A stretch of DNA of 64,000 nucleotides, from NCBI GenBank assembly GCA_040389905.1, contig JAZJZK010000007.1, positions 383,492 to 447,491 on the forward strand. The letters run 5' to 3'. The stretch comes from Gemmatimonadota bacterium. GTDB lineage: Bacteria; Gemmatimonadota; Gemmatimonadetes; Gemmatimonadales; Gemmatimonadaceae. The notes under the pieces are model-generated. The model had not been told where the DNA came from. It did not search any database and worked only from the letters and a program-made list of their open reading frames with translations. Below, in pieces: positions 1-9,242 of this stretch. Position 1 is the first letter of the stretch. Each line of letters opens with the position of its first letter. A program made the translations under genes and the position numbers.

Positions 1-680
1 TCCTTCAGGTCGAGCGCCTTCCCGTACATCACCACGGCGCGCATCGGCACCTTCTGGGTCGATGGAGCGCCCGCCTGCTGCGTACCGGTGTTGCTTGCCG
101 GGGCGCCACTGGCGCCAGTGGACGGCGCCGCGGCGGGGCTTGCGTCGCCGGTACGCCGCACCATCGCGGGGAGCTTCATGCCGGTGTTGAGCTTGGTGGC
201 CAAGTTGCCGACGCTCGACATGATGTTGTCCGCCTTATCGTCCACGCGATCCACGTGCTCGATCGCGCCCGTCTCGACGTTCACGGCCTTTGCGTCGATG
301 CGGAAGTTGCCCTTTGGATCGACCATGAAGGTGCCCCAGATCATGTGCTGCGCGCCGAGCAGCTTGCCGACCTTGATGGCCGTTTCCTTGTCGACCTGGC
401 CGCCCGTCACGAGCTTCTGCTCGTCGACCAGGCGCTGGACTTCGTCGCGCTCGATGACGCGAATACTCGAGTTCGTGGCCATGTCGGTAATGAGCATGGC
501 GGGAACGCCCTTGCTGAGACCGTCATAGTCCTTGGCGCCCGAGAACCCGTACGAGGCATTGTCGAACGCCATGATGGCGACCGTCGGCTTGGTGCTGGCC
601 TGCGCACCAGCTATGACGATGGGCGCAGCGAGGCCAGCGAACGCGGCGGCAAGCGAAACAAAACGAGCAGTGCGGGTCAT
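1..680 (-). CDS. CsgG/HfaB-like (TolB-N-like) exported protein, 3' end outside window
   Basis: Not in ORF track. Manual translation from ATG 680 (GGAGG upstream): signal peptide MTRTARFVSLAAAFAGLAAPIVIAGAQ, then PTVAIMAFDN...IRVIERDEVQRLVDEQKL...AIKVGKLLGAQHMIWG, a CsgG-like pattern. Confidence 0.75.
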   Translation of the reverse strand, partial: MTRTARFVSLAAAFAGLAAPIVIAGAQASTKPTVAIMAFDNASYGFSGAKDYDGLSKGVPAMLITDMATNSSIRVIERDEVQRLVDEQKLVTGGQVDKETAIKVGKLLGAQHMIWGTFMVDPKGNFRIDAKAVNVETGAIEHVDRVDDKADNIMSSVGNLATKLNTGMKLPAMVRRTGDASPAAAPSTGASGAPASNTGTQQAGAPSTQKVPMRAVVMYGKALDLK

Positions 681-747
681 GGTCTCCTCCGAGACTCGAA
701 CGGAATGACAACTTTTTCGTATCGGCGCATCCGCGCCGTATGGACTG

Positions 748-1617
748 CTAGATCACCAAGCTCAACCCTTCAGCTGCAGCAACCACCTGGAGCCGCGCTC
801 CCTTCGCTGCCACCAGTGCTCGGCAACTCGCCGTACACCGGTCTACCTCCTCATCCGTGCGCTCAGGACGGTGGTGAAAGAGCACCAGCTTCTCCACTCC
901 CGCTTCGATCGCAATCTCGACTGCGTCGTCGTATGTCGAATGACCCCACCCTACAAATGCGTCGTATTCCTGGGTCGTGAACATCGTGTCGTGCACCAGC
1001 ACCGATGCCCCACGTGCGAAATCCACGAACCTGTCGCGCCAACCGGGCTGATCCTCGTACTTCGCCCGCTCACTGACTTCATTGTCCGAGACGTACACCA
1101 AACCGCCTGTCCCGTTTCCATCCGTGAATCGGTACCCCAGCGCGCCACCGGGGTGCCGTACCGCCATTGCTGCAACTTCGTAGCCGTTGCCGGCGCGCTG
1201 CTCTTCGGCCAGTTCCTGAAAGTCGATTCGGGCCTGCAATTCCTCGAATGTCACCGGAAAAACGACAGGCGACATCTGGTCCTTGATCACCCGGTCGATG
1301 CTCGTCTGGAGCGATTTCGAGCCCCAGATCGTGAAGTGATTCCCCTTGCGAAACAGCGGTGCGAAGAACGGAATGCCCTGAATGTGGTCCCAGTGTGCGT
1401 GCGTGAGGAAAATGTCACCGGCGATAGCCTCTCCGTTCGCACGATCCAGTAGTGACCGGCCCAGCTCACGAATTCCCGTACCCGCGTCAAGAATGACGAG
1501 CCACCCGTCCTCGGTACGAAGTTCCAGACAGGGCGTGTTCCCCCCATACCGTACCGTCGATGGCCCCGGACTCGGAATCGAACCCCGCGTCCCCCAGAAT
1601 CGCAGCGTGAGCGCCAT
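748..1617 (-). CDS. MBL-fold metallo-hydrolase
   Basis: FWGTRGSIP, GGNTPC, LDAGTG, THAHWDHIQG, GWGHST, LFHH motifs. Confidence 0.9.
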   Translation of the reverse strand: MALTLRFWGTRGSIPSPGPSTVRYGGNTPCLELRTEDGWLVILDAGTGIRELGRSLLDRANGEAIAGDIFLTHAHWDHIQGIPFFAPLFRKGNHFTIWGSKSLQTSIDRVIKDQMSPVVFPVTFEELQARIDFQELAEEQRAGNGYEVAAMAVRHPGGALGYRFTDGNGTGGLVYVSDNEVSERAKYEDQPGWRDRFVDFARGASVLVHDTMFTTQEYDAFVGWGHSTYDDAVEIAIEAGVEKLVLFHHRPERTDEEVDRCTASCRALVAAKGARLQVVAAAEGLSLVI

Positions 1618-1707
1618 CAGTCCGACGTCTCGTCGTACGCGGGATAGTATGCATTCGCCGGTGTCGCCGGCGCGAGGGAGCGGGTCACGGGCGACGGGTG
1701 ATCTTGG

Positions 1708-2454
1708 TCACACGCGCACCTGCGAGCGCTTTTCGAGCGCTTCGCGGTTGGCGATGGCAATGCGTCGGCGCTCCACACGGATGAACCCGTTCTCCTGAAA
1801 GTCCTTCATCGAGCGCGACACGGTTTCCCGGCTCGCGCCGATCATCTGGGCAATGGTCTGGTGCGTCAACAGCTTGTCGATCGTTGGTCCGCCACTTTCC
1901 TGCGCGAGGTCGAGCAGCAGCCGCGCAATCCGTCCCGGCACATCGAGCAGCACGAGCCCACCTATTTTCTCGTCGGCGCGCCGCAAGCGATGTGATAGTT
2001 CGCACAAGAGCGCCCACGCGACTGTCGGATTCGCGTCCACTCTCCGCCGGAAATCCTCGCGGCGCAGGATGAGGAGCTGTGCATCTTCCATCGCGATGAC
2101 GTGCGCCGACCTCGGCTGGTCGTCGATGAGCGCGAGCTCACCGAAGTGGGAGCCCGGTTCGAGGACGCCAAGGATCACCTCGCGGCCGTCCTCCCCGATG
2201 AGCACCACTTTGACTCTTCCGGTGCGCAAGATGTAGAGCGAGTCGCCGGGGTCGTCCTGGAAGAGGATGACGCTGCCCTTGGGATACGAACGCTCACGGA
2301 CGAGCTCACCGAACTTCGCGAGCTCATCACGTTCGAGTCCGCGAAAGAGCGGAACCGTAGCGAGAAAATCGGCGGTGGCTTTGATCACTCGGCGGGGAGG
2401 AAGGGCAGGGAAAGGAAGTGGGGCAAACGTATTGATCGCGGTTGGGGCTGTCAA
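1708..2454 (-). CDS. Crp/Fnr family transcriptional regulator
   Basis: cNMP-binding FGELALIDDQPRSA and HTH LTHQTIAQMIGASRETVSR. Confidence 0.92.
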   Translation of the reverse strand: MTAPTAINTFAPLPFPALPPRRVIKATADFLATVPLFRGLERDELAKFGELVRERSYPKGSVILFQDDPGDSLYILRTGRVKVVLIGEDGREVILGVLEPGSHFGELALIDDQPRSAHVIAMEDAQLLILRREDFRRRVDANPTVAWALLCELSHRLRRADEKIGGLVLLDVPGRIARLLLDLAQESGGPTIDKLLTHQTIAQMIGASRETVSRSMKDFQENGFIRVERRRIAIANREALEKRSQVRV

Positions 2455-2520
2455 ACACTACTAGGGGGAAGTGATTGGGAGCGTGTCAGTTGGGCGGGCT
2501 GACAACTCGCGATGGGGGCG

Positions 2521-2785
2521 CGGGCTCAGGCCCGGGCCAACCGCCGGCTTGGGCGCGGGCTTGGGCCAGGGCTGGGGCCGGGGCTTGCCTGCAGGCGCGG
2601 GCTCGAGCCCGGGGCGGAGCTTGGGCGCCGCCCGCTGACAGCTGAAGTCTGAGCCCCCGCCCTCAGCCAGTAGTCAGCCCACGGCCGCAAGCCCCTGCCC
2701 GAGCCCGGGCCTGCAGGCAAGCCCAAGCGCGAGCCGTAGCCCCAGCCCGCGGCCGAGCCCACGGTTGGCCTCGGGCTCGAGCCCG
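2521..2785. repeat. Long imperfect inverted repeat of 6-bp periodic GGGC-rich units
   Basis: GGGCTTGCCTGCAGGC pairs with GCCTGCAGGCAAGCCC; GGCCAACCG pairs with CGGTTGGCC. Confidence 0.75.
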
Positions 2786-2887
2786 CTCCCCCATGCCTAG
2801 TTACCAGCCGGCCTCATGCCCGAGCCCGGGCCCGCGGAACCTTCGCCGTGGCGTGCGCATTGGTCGCCGTAGGCAGCGTCGGCACGG

Positions 2888-2917
2888 TTGTCTTTTAGTC
2901 TGTGCGATGTCTATATT
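2888..2917 (+). promoter_or_regulatory. Putative sigma70 promoter for the rpmE-prfA operon
   Basis: TTGTCT-N18-TATATT in an AT-rich patch 45 bp upstream of rpmE. Confidence 0.45.
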
Positions 2918-2962
2918 TGTAAGCTGTTTCCGATTCTGTACTTATTGCCAGGCAGGACTCAA

Positions 2963-3184
2963 ATGAAGACCGATATCCATCCCGAGTACGCAACCGCCAC
3001 CGTGAAGTGCGCCTGTGGCAGCACGTTCGAGACGCGCTCCACCATCGCCGAAATTCATACGGACGTCTGTGCGGAGTGCCACCCGTTCTATACCGGCAAG
3101 CAGCGCCTGCTCGATACAGCTGGCCGCGTCGAGCGGTTCCGCCAGAAGTACCTGAAGCCCGAAGCTGCCACCAAGGCGAGCTGA
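2963..3184 (+). CDS. rpmE: 50S ribosomal protein L31 (Zn-binding type)
   Basis: MKTDIHPEY...CACG...[28 protein letters not shown] upstream. Confidence 0.97.
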   Translation: MKTDIHPEYATATVKCACGSTFETRSTIAEIHTDVCAECHPFYTGKQRLLDTAGRVERFRQKYLKPEAATKAS

Positions 3185-3187
3185 CCT

Positions 3188-4252
3188 CTGAGCCTCCGCG
3201 ACCTGCTGGGCGATCAACTCGCCCGGGCGGCGGAGGTCGAACGGCTGCTCTCCAACCCGGACACCTTCAGCGACAGCACCAAGGTCGCCGATCTGGGCCG
3301 AGAGCACCGTCGCCTCCAGCCTGTCGTCGAGCTGGCGGCTCAGCTCGAACGTCAAGAGAACGAGCTCGCTGAAGCCCGCGAGCTCGTTTCTATTGACGAC
3401 CCGGAAATGGCAGCCGAAGCAACCCACGAGGTCGCTCGGCTCAACGCGGCTATCACGGAGCTCGAGGCGCGCCTCAAGCCCGCGCTACTTCCGCACGATC
3501 CACTCGACGATCGCAACGCCATCATCGAGATTCGCGCGGGGACCGGCGGCGACGAGGCGGCCCTCTTCGCGGCCGACCTCTTCCGCATGTACACGCGCTT
3601 CATCGAGCGCCAAGGGTGGAAGCGTGAGACCATCTCGCACTCCGAAGGTACACTCGGCGGGGTGAAGGAAGCGATCTTCAAGGTGTCGGGCGCCGGTGCC
3701 TTCGGAGCCATGCGCTGGGAGAGCGGCGTGCATCGCGTGCAGCGCGTGCCTGCAACCGAAACGCAGGGTCGTATTCACACGTCGGCCGCAACGGTCGCGA
3801 CGCTCCCGGAGGCCGAGGAAGTCGACGTCAAGATCGAGGACAAGGATCTGCGCATCGACGTCTTCCGTTCGAGTGGGCCAGGTGGGCAGAGCGTGAATAC
3901 CACGGACTCCGCGGTCCGCATCACGCACATTCCCTCGGGGCTCGTCGTGTCGCAGCAGGACCAGAAGTCGCAACTCCAGAACAAGCTCAAGGGCATGGAA
4001 GTTCTGCGCGCTCGTCTCCTGGACCTGCGAGTTGCGGAAGCAGAGGCCGCGCGGTCGAAGATGCGAAAGTCGCAGGTCGGGACAGGCGATCGGTCCGCGA
4101 AGATCCGCACGTACAATTATCCGCAGAGTCGGATCACCGACCATCGGATCGGGTTTACGACGCACGATCTTGCCGCGGTGATGGATGGTCACATCGAGCC
4201 GATCATCGAAGCCCTCAAGCTGGCGGACGTCGAGGAACAGCTAGGTGACTAG
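3188..4252 (+). CDS. prfA: Peptide chain release factor 1 (start inferred at CTG 3188)
   Basis: EIRAGTGGDEA, ESGVHRVQRVPATE (PxT), GPGGQSVN, IRTYNYPQ. RF1-like N-terminus continues in frame upstream of ATG 3407. Confidence 0.93.
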   Translation: MSLRDLLGDQLARAAEVERLLSNPDTFSDSTKVADLGREHRRLQPVVELAAQLERQENELAEARELVSIDDPEMAAEATHEVARLNAAITELEARLKPALLPHDPLDDRNAIIEIRAGTGGDEAALFAADLFRMYTRFIERQGWKRETISHSEGTLGGVKEAIFKVSGAGAFGAMRWESGVHRVQRVPATETQGRIHTSAATVATLPEAEEVDVKIEDKDLRIDVFRSSGPGGQSVNTTDSAVRITHIPSGLVVSQQDQKSQLQNKLKGMEVLRARLLDLRVAEAEAARSKMRKSQVGTGDRSAKIRTYNYPQSRITDHRIGFTTHDLAAVMDGHIEPIIEALKLADVEEQLGD

Positions 4253-5282
4253 GGCGGCGAAGAGCGGGAAGGTGCAGGCCCTTCGCTTCGCTCAGGGCGA
4301 CAAAACGAGCGGAACGGCGGAAGAGCAGGTGCAGACCCCTCGACTCGCTGCGCTCGCTCGGGGTGTCATTGGCAGCGCTGTCACCCCGAGCGCAGTCGAG
4401 GGGTCTGCACCTCACGCACCTCACGCACGTGAACGCGAAGCCATCACCGTCGGCGCGCTGGTGACGCGCTTGGCGCAAATCATCGGGTCGACGGAACAGG
4501 CGCGCGACCTCCTCAGCCTCTTGCACAGCCAGCCGCGCCACTGGATCACGCTCTCGCGCGAGAGCGTTCTCTCCGAAAAGGACGTGGCCTCCGCGCTGAA
4601 TGCCGCCGAGCGACTCGCCGCAGGCGCACCAATCCAGTACGCTGCCGGTCGTGCTGCGTTTCGTCACCTGGTGCTGGCAGTCGACGAACGCGTGCTCATC
4701 CCGCGGCCCGAAACGGAACTGCTCGTTGACCTCGTGCTCGACGCAGTCCGCGACCGACCGGGGGGAATTGCCGTTGATGTCGGCACGGGGTCCGGCGCCA
4801 TCGCCGTGGCGCTTGCCACCGAAGGCAGATTCGAGCGCGTGATTGGCACCGACATTTCTCGCGATGCGCTCGCCGTCGCACGCACAAACGTGTTCCAGGG
4901 CGCGGGCGCGAACGTCGCCCCGGTTGAGCTGCGACACGGCGCTTTGCTCGAACCGGTACTCGAGCGTGGACTCAGCGCGATCGTGTCGAACCCACCTTAC
5001 ATTTCCCATGCGGAAGCGGGGGGGTTGCCCTCCTCCGTGCGCGACTGGGAGCCAGCCGTCGCACTCTTTTCCGAGGACAACGGGCTGGCGACGACTTTGC
5101 AATTGGTTCGTGCCGCGGCCGTCGCGCTGGCACCGAACGGCGTGCTCGCGCTGGAAGGTGACATGCGTCGAATGACGGCCGTCGCGGACGCCGCAGCGTC
5201 CAGTGGCTTTGCCGATGTCCGTGTACTGAAGGATCTCACAGGCCGCGATCGCTTCGTGGTCGCCAGACGACGGGAGGAGTAG
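4245..5282 (+). CDS. prmC: Release factor glutamine methyltransferase (N-terminus contains repeats; start uncertain)
   Basis: VLIPRPETE, DVGTGSGAIA, SNPPYI; follows prfA. Confidence 0.92.
   Translation: MTRAAKSGKVQALRFAQGDKTSGTAEEQVQTPRLAALARGVIGSAVTPSAVEGSAPHAPHAREREAITVGALVTRLAQIIGSTEQARDLLSLLHSQPRHWITLSRESVLSEKDVASALNAAERLAAGAPIQYAAGRAAFRHLVLAVDERVLIPRPETELLVDLVLDAVRDRPGGIAVDVGTGSGAIAVALATEGRFERVIGTDISRDALAVARTNVFQGAGANVAPVELRHGALLEPVLERGLSAIVSNPPYISHAEAGGLPSSVRDWEPAVALFSEDNGLATTLQLVRAAAVALAPNGVLALEGDMRRMTAVADAAASSGFADVRVLKDLTGRDRFVVARRREE
4270..4412. repeat. Three copies of a ~34-bp palindromic repeat; copies 2 and 3 inverted
   Basis: 4270-4303 AGGTGCAGGCCCTTCGCTTCGCTCAGGGCGACAA; 4327-4368 and 4379-4412 share a perfect 19-bp inverted repeat AGGTGCAGACCCCTCGACT. 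Confidence 0.85.
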
Positions 5283-5284
5283 GA

Positions 5285-5638
5285 ATGATCGAGGACAAAG
5301 CAAAGGAGCTCGGGCGGCTGATCGGGCAGAGCCCGGAGTATCAGGCGGTCAAGCGCGCGAACGACGCGCTCGGTGACGACCGGGACGCGGTGGCGCTCCT
5401 CAAGAAAATGGAGCAGTTGCGCGTGAACGCGCAGGCGATGATCAAGCGCGGCGAGCGCCCGACCCAGGAGATGGAGCAGGAGCTCGACGGACTCCTTGGT
5501 CAGGTGCAGGGGCAGATGGTCTACCAGCGGCTGGTGGCGGCGCAGGAGAACTTCGACAAGGTCATGCAGAGGGTGAACGACTGGATCGTGGAAGGGATCG
5601 AACGCGGCGCGGTGAGTTCGATCATCACGCTGGGCTGA
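5285..5638 (+). CDS. YlbF/YmcA-like helical protein
   Basis: IEDKAKELGRLIGQSPEYQ N-terminus, 117 aa, strong RBS. Confidence 0.7.
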   Translation: MIEDKAKELGRLIGQSPEYQAVKRANDALGDDRDAVALLKKMEQLRVNAQAMIKRGERPTQEMEQELDGLLGQVQGQMVYQRLVAAQENFDKVMQRVNDWIVEGIERGAVSSIITLG

Positions 5639-5642
5639 CGGT

Positions 5643-6326
5643 GTGACGCACGCGGCAGGTCGGCTGATCGTCTTCGAAGGCGGCGAGGGGTCTGGCAAGT
5701 CCACGCAGATTCGCCGCTTGTCGAGCGACCTCGTGGCCGAAGGCGTGGCCCACGTCTGCCTGCGCGAACCGGGTGGTACGCCACTCGGTACGGAGGTCCG
5801 TCGCGTCCTGCTCGACCGCTCGTCGGATATCGAACCACGCGCGGAGGCACTGCTGTTCATGGCCTCGCGCGCTCAGCTCGTCCAACGCGAAATCCTTCCT
5901 GCGCTTGCGCGCGGGAACATCGTGCTGCTCGACCGATTCTTCCTCTCCACGTACGCCTATCAGATCGCGGGGCACGGATTGCCGGAATCAGAGGTGCGCG
6001 GAGCCAACCGCTTCGCGACCGGTGGGCTCGTTCCCGATCTCACGCTCCTCCTCACCTTCCCCATACGGCTTGGTCTCGAGCGCGCCGGTCGGCGTGCGGA
6101 AGTACACGACCGAATGGAGTCGATGGGCGTGGCATTTCATCAGCGAGTTGGAGCGGCATTCGCAAACTTTACCGAGCCCGCATGGCAGGTGCAGCATGAG
6201 GAATGTGGGCCCATCGTTGGCGTCGACGCACGTGGTGCGGAAGAAGAGGTGGCAGCTCGCGTACGCGCCGTGCTCAGCGCATGGCCTGGTGTTCTCTCGC
6301 ATCGCCGTCGATCGGATCGAGGCTGA
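5643..6326 (+). CDS. tmk: Thymidylate kinase
   Basis: FEGGEGSGKSTQ, REPGGT, LLDRFFLSTYAYQ, PDLTLLL. Confidence 0.95.
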   Translation: MTHAAGRLIVFEGGEGSGKSTQIRRLSSDLVAEGVAHVCLREPGGTPLGTEVRRVLLDRSSDIEPRAEALLFMASRAQLVQREILPALARGNIVLLDRFFLSTYAYQIAGHGLPESEVRGANRFATGGLVPDLTLLLTFPIRLGLERAGRRAEVHDRMESMGVAFHQRVGAAFANFTEPAWQVQHEECGPIVGVDARGAEEEVAARVRAVLSAWPGVLSHRRRSDRG

Positions 6327-7904
6327 ATGAGAAGCAAGGGAGTCGTTGCGGCAGCGGTGCTCACCTGCGCGCTCGTGTCCGGGGGCTGGCTCATGGAGCG
6401 GAGCTGGACGGGATCGCACGATCTCGCGACACGCACGCACCTTTTCGATGAAGTGCTGGAGCACGTCAAGCGCGACTTCGTGGACACGATTCCGGACTCG
6501 CTCCTGTATCGTCACGCCATCGACGGCGCGCTCCGCGAGTTGCACGATCCGCATACCACGTTTCTCAACCCACGCCGCCTGAGCCGGCTGGAAGAGAGCA
6601 CGACGGGGCACTACGCCGGCGTCGGCATTCAGATGGATCTGCGCGACAGCGGCATCACCGTGGCCGCGACGCTCCCAGGATCTCCCGCCGAGCAGGTCGG
6701 GATTCTTACGGGCGATCGCATCGACTCGATCGCATCCAAGTCGGCGCGTGGCCTGACGTCCGAGGAAGCCCTGAAAGTTCTGCGCGGTCCCGCCGGCACG
6801 GAGGTGAAGGTCGTGGTCGAGCGCCCCGGCGTTGCCGAGTTACTGACGTTCACCCTCGTCCGCCGAGAGATCCAGGTCAATCCCGTACGTCATGCGCTGC
6901 TCTTGCCTGACGGGATCGGATATGTCGAACTCACCGTCTTCAGCGAGTCGGCGGCCACGGTCTTGTCGACGGCGATCGATTCGTTGCGTGCCGCTGGCGC
7001 ACGCTCGCTGGTGCTGGACCTTCGCGGCGATCCCGGCGGCTTGCTCTCGCAGGGCGTCGACGTCGCCGATCTCTTCCTCGACGCGGGACAGATGATCGTC
7101 TCGACGAAAGGGAGAATGCCAACGGAAAGCCTGACCATTCCCGATCGCGCGCCGCAGCGGTGGGTCAACATGCCGATGGTTGTGCTCACCGACAGTAACT
7201 CCGCGTCTGCGAGCGAAATTGTGGCTGGTGCGCTGCAGGATCATGATCGCGCGCTCATTGTCGGTACGGCAACGTACGGCAAGGGGAGCGCGCAGCGGGT
7301 CTTCAAGGTGGATCAGAACGCACTCAAGCTCACCACTGCACTCTGGTACACGCCGAGCGGGCGGAGCATCAATCGTCCGCGTCGGTCACCGAGTGATGAT
7401 GACGACGATGGTGGTCCACCACGAACGGACAGTGTTCCGCGCCCAAAGTTCCGCACCGATGGCGGGCGCCTGGTCCTCGGTGGCGGCGGCATCGTCCCCG
7501 ATGTCGAGGTGTCCAGAAGCCCCGTGGCGAAGGAAGACAAGGCGCTTCAAGTCGCACTCGGCGCAAAGATTCCGGCTTTTCGCGATGCGATGTTCGAGTA
7601 CGCGCTCGCATTGAAGACGTCGCGGTCGGTGACGGATCCAACCTTCCAGGTGAGTCCGGCGATGCGAGACGAACTGTGGCGTCGCATGCGGGTGCGGGGC
7701 ATCGATATTCCGCGAGCCGTCTACGATTCCGCTGGGCTTGTCGATCGCGCACTGGGTGGGCAGATCGCGCGCTATGTGTTCGGAACGCGGACCGAGTTCG
7801 AGCGCGAACTGCGGCGCGATCCGGTGATGACGCGCGCTGAGCTCCTGCTCCGTGGGGCGACGACGCCGAAGGTACTGCTTTCGCACGCCCCCTCGCCGAA
7901 ATGA
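6327..7904 (+). CDS. S41 carboxyl-terminal protease with PDZ domain
   Basis: DPHT, LDLRGDPGG, SASASEIVAGALQD, TYGKGSAQ. Confidence 0.93.
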   Translation: MRSKGVVAAAVLTCALVSGGWLMERSWTGSHDLATRTHLFDEVLEHVKRDFVDTIPDSLLYRHAIDGALRELHDPHTTFLNPRRLSRLEESTTGHYAGVGIQMDLRDSGITVAATLPGSPAEQVGILTGDRIDSIASKSARGLTSEEALKVLRGPAGTEVKVVVERPGVAELLTFTLVRREIQVNPVRHALLLPDGIGYVELTVFSESAATVLSTAIDSLRAAGARSLVLDLRGDPGGLLSQGVDVADLFLDAGQMIVSTKGRMPTESLTIPDRAPQRWVNMPMVVLTDSNSASASEIVAGALQDHDRALIVGTATYGKGSAQRVFKVDQNALKLTTALWYTPSGRSINRPRRSPSDDDDDGGPPRTDSVPRPKFRTDGGRLVLGGGGIVPDVEVSRSPVAKEDKALQVALGAKIPAFRDAMFEYALALKTSRSVTDPTFQVSPAMRDELWRRMRVRGIDIPRAVYDSAGLVDRALGGQIARYVFGTRTEFERELRRDPVMTRAELLLRGATTPKVLLSHAPSPK

Positions 7905-8341
7905 TGCGCACGCGACGAGCGACGTTCCATGACGCGCACGCCATTCGCGGATTGATCGATCTCTACGTCGAGGACGGCACGCTACTGCCGCGCACCGCCG
8001 AATTCATCGCCGCGCATGCACCGCACTTCATCGTCGCGGAGGATGACGGCCAGGTCATCGGTTGTGTGCACCTCGACGAGTACGCGCCCAGTCTGTCGGA
8101 GCTACGATCACTCGCCGTTCGTCGGGATGCCCAAGGCCGAGGAGTGGGGCGCGCGCTCGTTCTCGCGACGGAGGCGCTCGCGCGCAGTCGAGACGTTGCC
8201 ACGATTTTCGCCGTCAGCAATGACGACGCGTTCTTCGAACACTTCGGCTATGCGGTGCGACACATTCCCGAGCTCGATCGAGAGCGAAGCGAAGTGAGCC
8301 GGTACAAGGGCGTCTTCGCAAAGGATCTCGCGGTGGTGTAG
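7901..8341 (+). CDS. GNAT N-acetyltransferase (ArgA-like)
   Basis: GTLLPR, ELRSLAV, QGRGVGRALV, FFEHFGY. Confidence 0.8.
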   Translation: MMRTRRATFHDAHAIRGLIDLYVEDGTLLPRTAEFIAAHAPHFIVAEDDGQVIGCVHLDEYAPSLSELRSLAVRRDAQGRGVGRALVLATEALARSRDVATIFAVSNDDAFFEHFGYAVRHIPELDRERSEVSRYKGVFAKDLAVV

Positions 8342-8386
8342 CTCTTGCCCCTTGTGGTCAGTCCAAATCAACATGGAGCAGTACAC

Positions 8387-8623
8387 ATGTCGGAGCGGCA
8401 CAAGACGCACAACGGGCGGGACATGGACGGACACTTCAAGGTCCGGAAGGCGGACGTCGACGAACTCGTGACGGATCCGCACGGCGAGGAATTCCTTCGT
8501 GACGACGTACGTCTTGGTGGAGCGGTCGAGGACATTGGTCCGTCGGCCGGGCTTCGTGGCAAGGAGATCGCGAAGCTGGTCGAGGAGAATCGGGAAGACG
8601 TCTCCCGGACCGCGCAGAAATAG
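8387..8623 (+). CDS. Small hypothetical protein (78 aa)
   Basis: GGAG then ATG 8387; GC3-rich codons. Confidence 0.6.
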   Translation: MSERHKTHNGRDMDGHFKVRKADVDELVTDPHGEEFLRDDVRLGGAVEDIGPSAGLRGKEIAKLVEENREDVSRTAQK

Positions 8624-8992
8624 CTACTTCGGATCGAGCTGCGCGATGAGCTTTTTCGGTGCGATGAGCTTGTAGGCATCGAGCAGCAACTCGGGCAGCT
8701 CGCTCCAGTCCGCGCCCTTGTCGAGATAGACGCCCACCCATCCGCTCTTACCGACATATGGCGGCACGAAGAAACGCGTCGGCGCGTGGCGCACCATGAT
8801 CTCCTGATTCCCGGGCGCCGCCTTGATCCACACAGATTGCCGACCGTCGCCGTGATGATTGCCGGCAGCTGCGTGCATCGCGAAGATCTTGTTCTTCACG
8901 CGGAAGGTGGGTGCTCCCCACGCCTCGACCTCGTGCGCCTCAGGGAGCGATAAGCAGAGTTTGCGGAGCCGAGCGAGCGGATTCGGGGGCAT
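8624..8992 (-). CDS. MmcQ/YjbR family protein
   Basis: CLSLPEAHEVEAWGAPTFRVKNKIFA, FFVPPYVGKSGWVGV. Confidence 0.88.
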   Translation of the reverse strand: MPPNPLARLRKLCLSLPEAHEVEAWGAPTFRVKNKIFAMHAAAGNHHGDGRQSVWIKAAPGNQEIMVRHAPTRFFVPPYVGKSGWVGVYLDKGADWSELPELLLDAYKLIAPKKLIAQLDPK

Positions 8993-9037
8993 CGATGATC
9001 ACGGATGACTGCGGTAGTGGACTGAGTTCGTGAACGG

Positions 9038-9242
9038 CGTTTTACGGAGCTCGAACGGCAGATTGTACGGATTTGACGGATATGCACGGATTGCTTCAGT
9101 GCGCATCCAATCTGTCGTCGCGCAACAAACAAAACCTCAATTGGTTTTTGCAGTTGCAAGAGAGTCTGGCGTTGCACCAGTCATTCTCCTCGCAGGGCTA
9201 TCCGTGACGATCCGTAAAATCTCCGTTCAAATCCGAAAACCC
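9038..9242. repeat. Inverted repeat with ~9-10-bp periodic ACGGA / TCCGT units
   Basis: Left GTTTTACGGAGCTCGAACGGCAGATTGTACGGATTTGACGGATA aligns with the reverse complement of 9199-9242. Confidence 0.7.

Noticed and set aside
2526..2762. 78-aa Gly/Pro-rich ORF
   Set aside because: A by-product of the hexamer-periodic inverted repeat; no RBS or protein-like features.
3185..3406. prfA as a truncated pseudogene or a prfB-type frameshift
   Set aside because: The frame is continuous and intact, there is no CTT-TGA slippery site, and the PxT motif identifies RF1.
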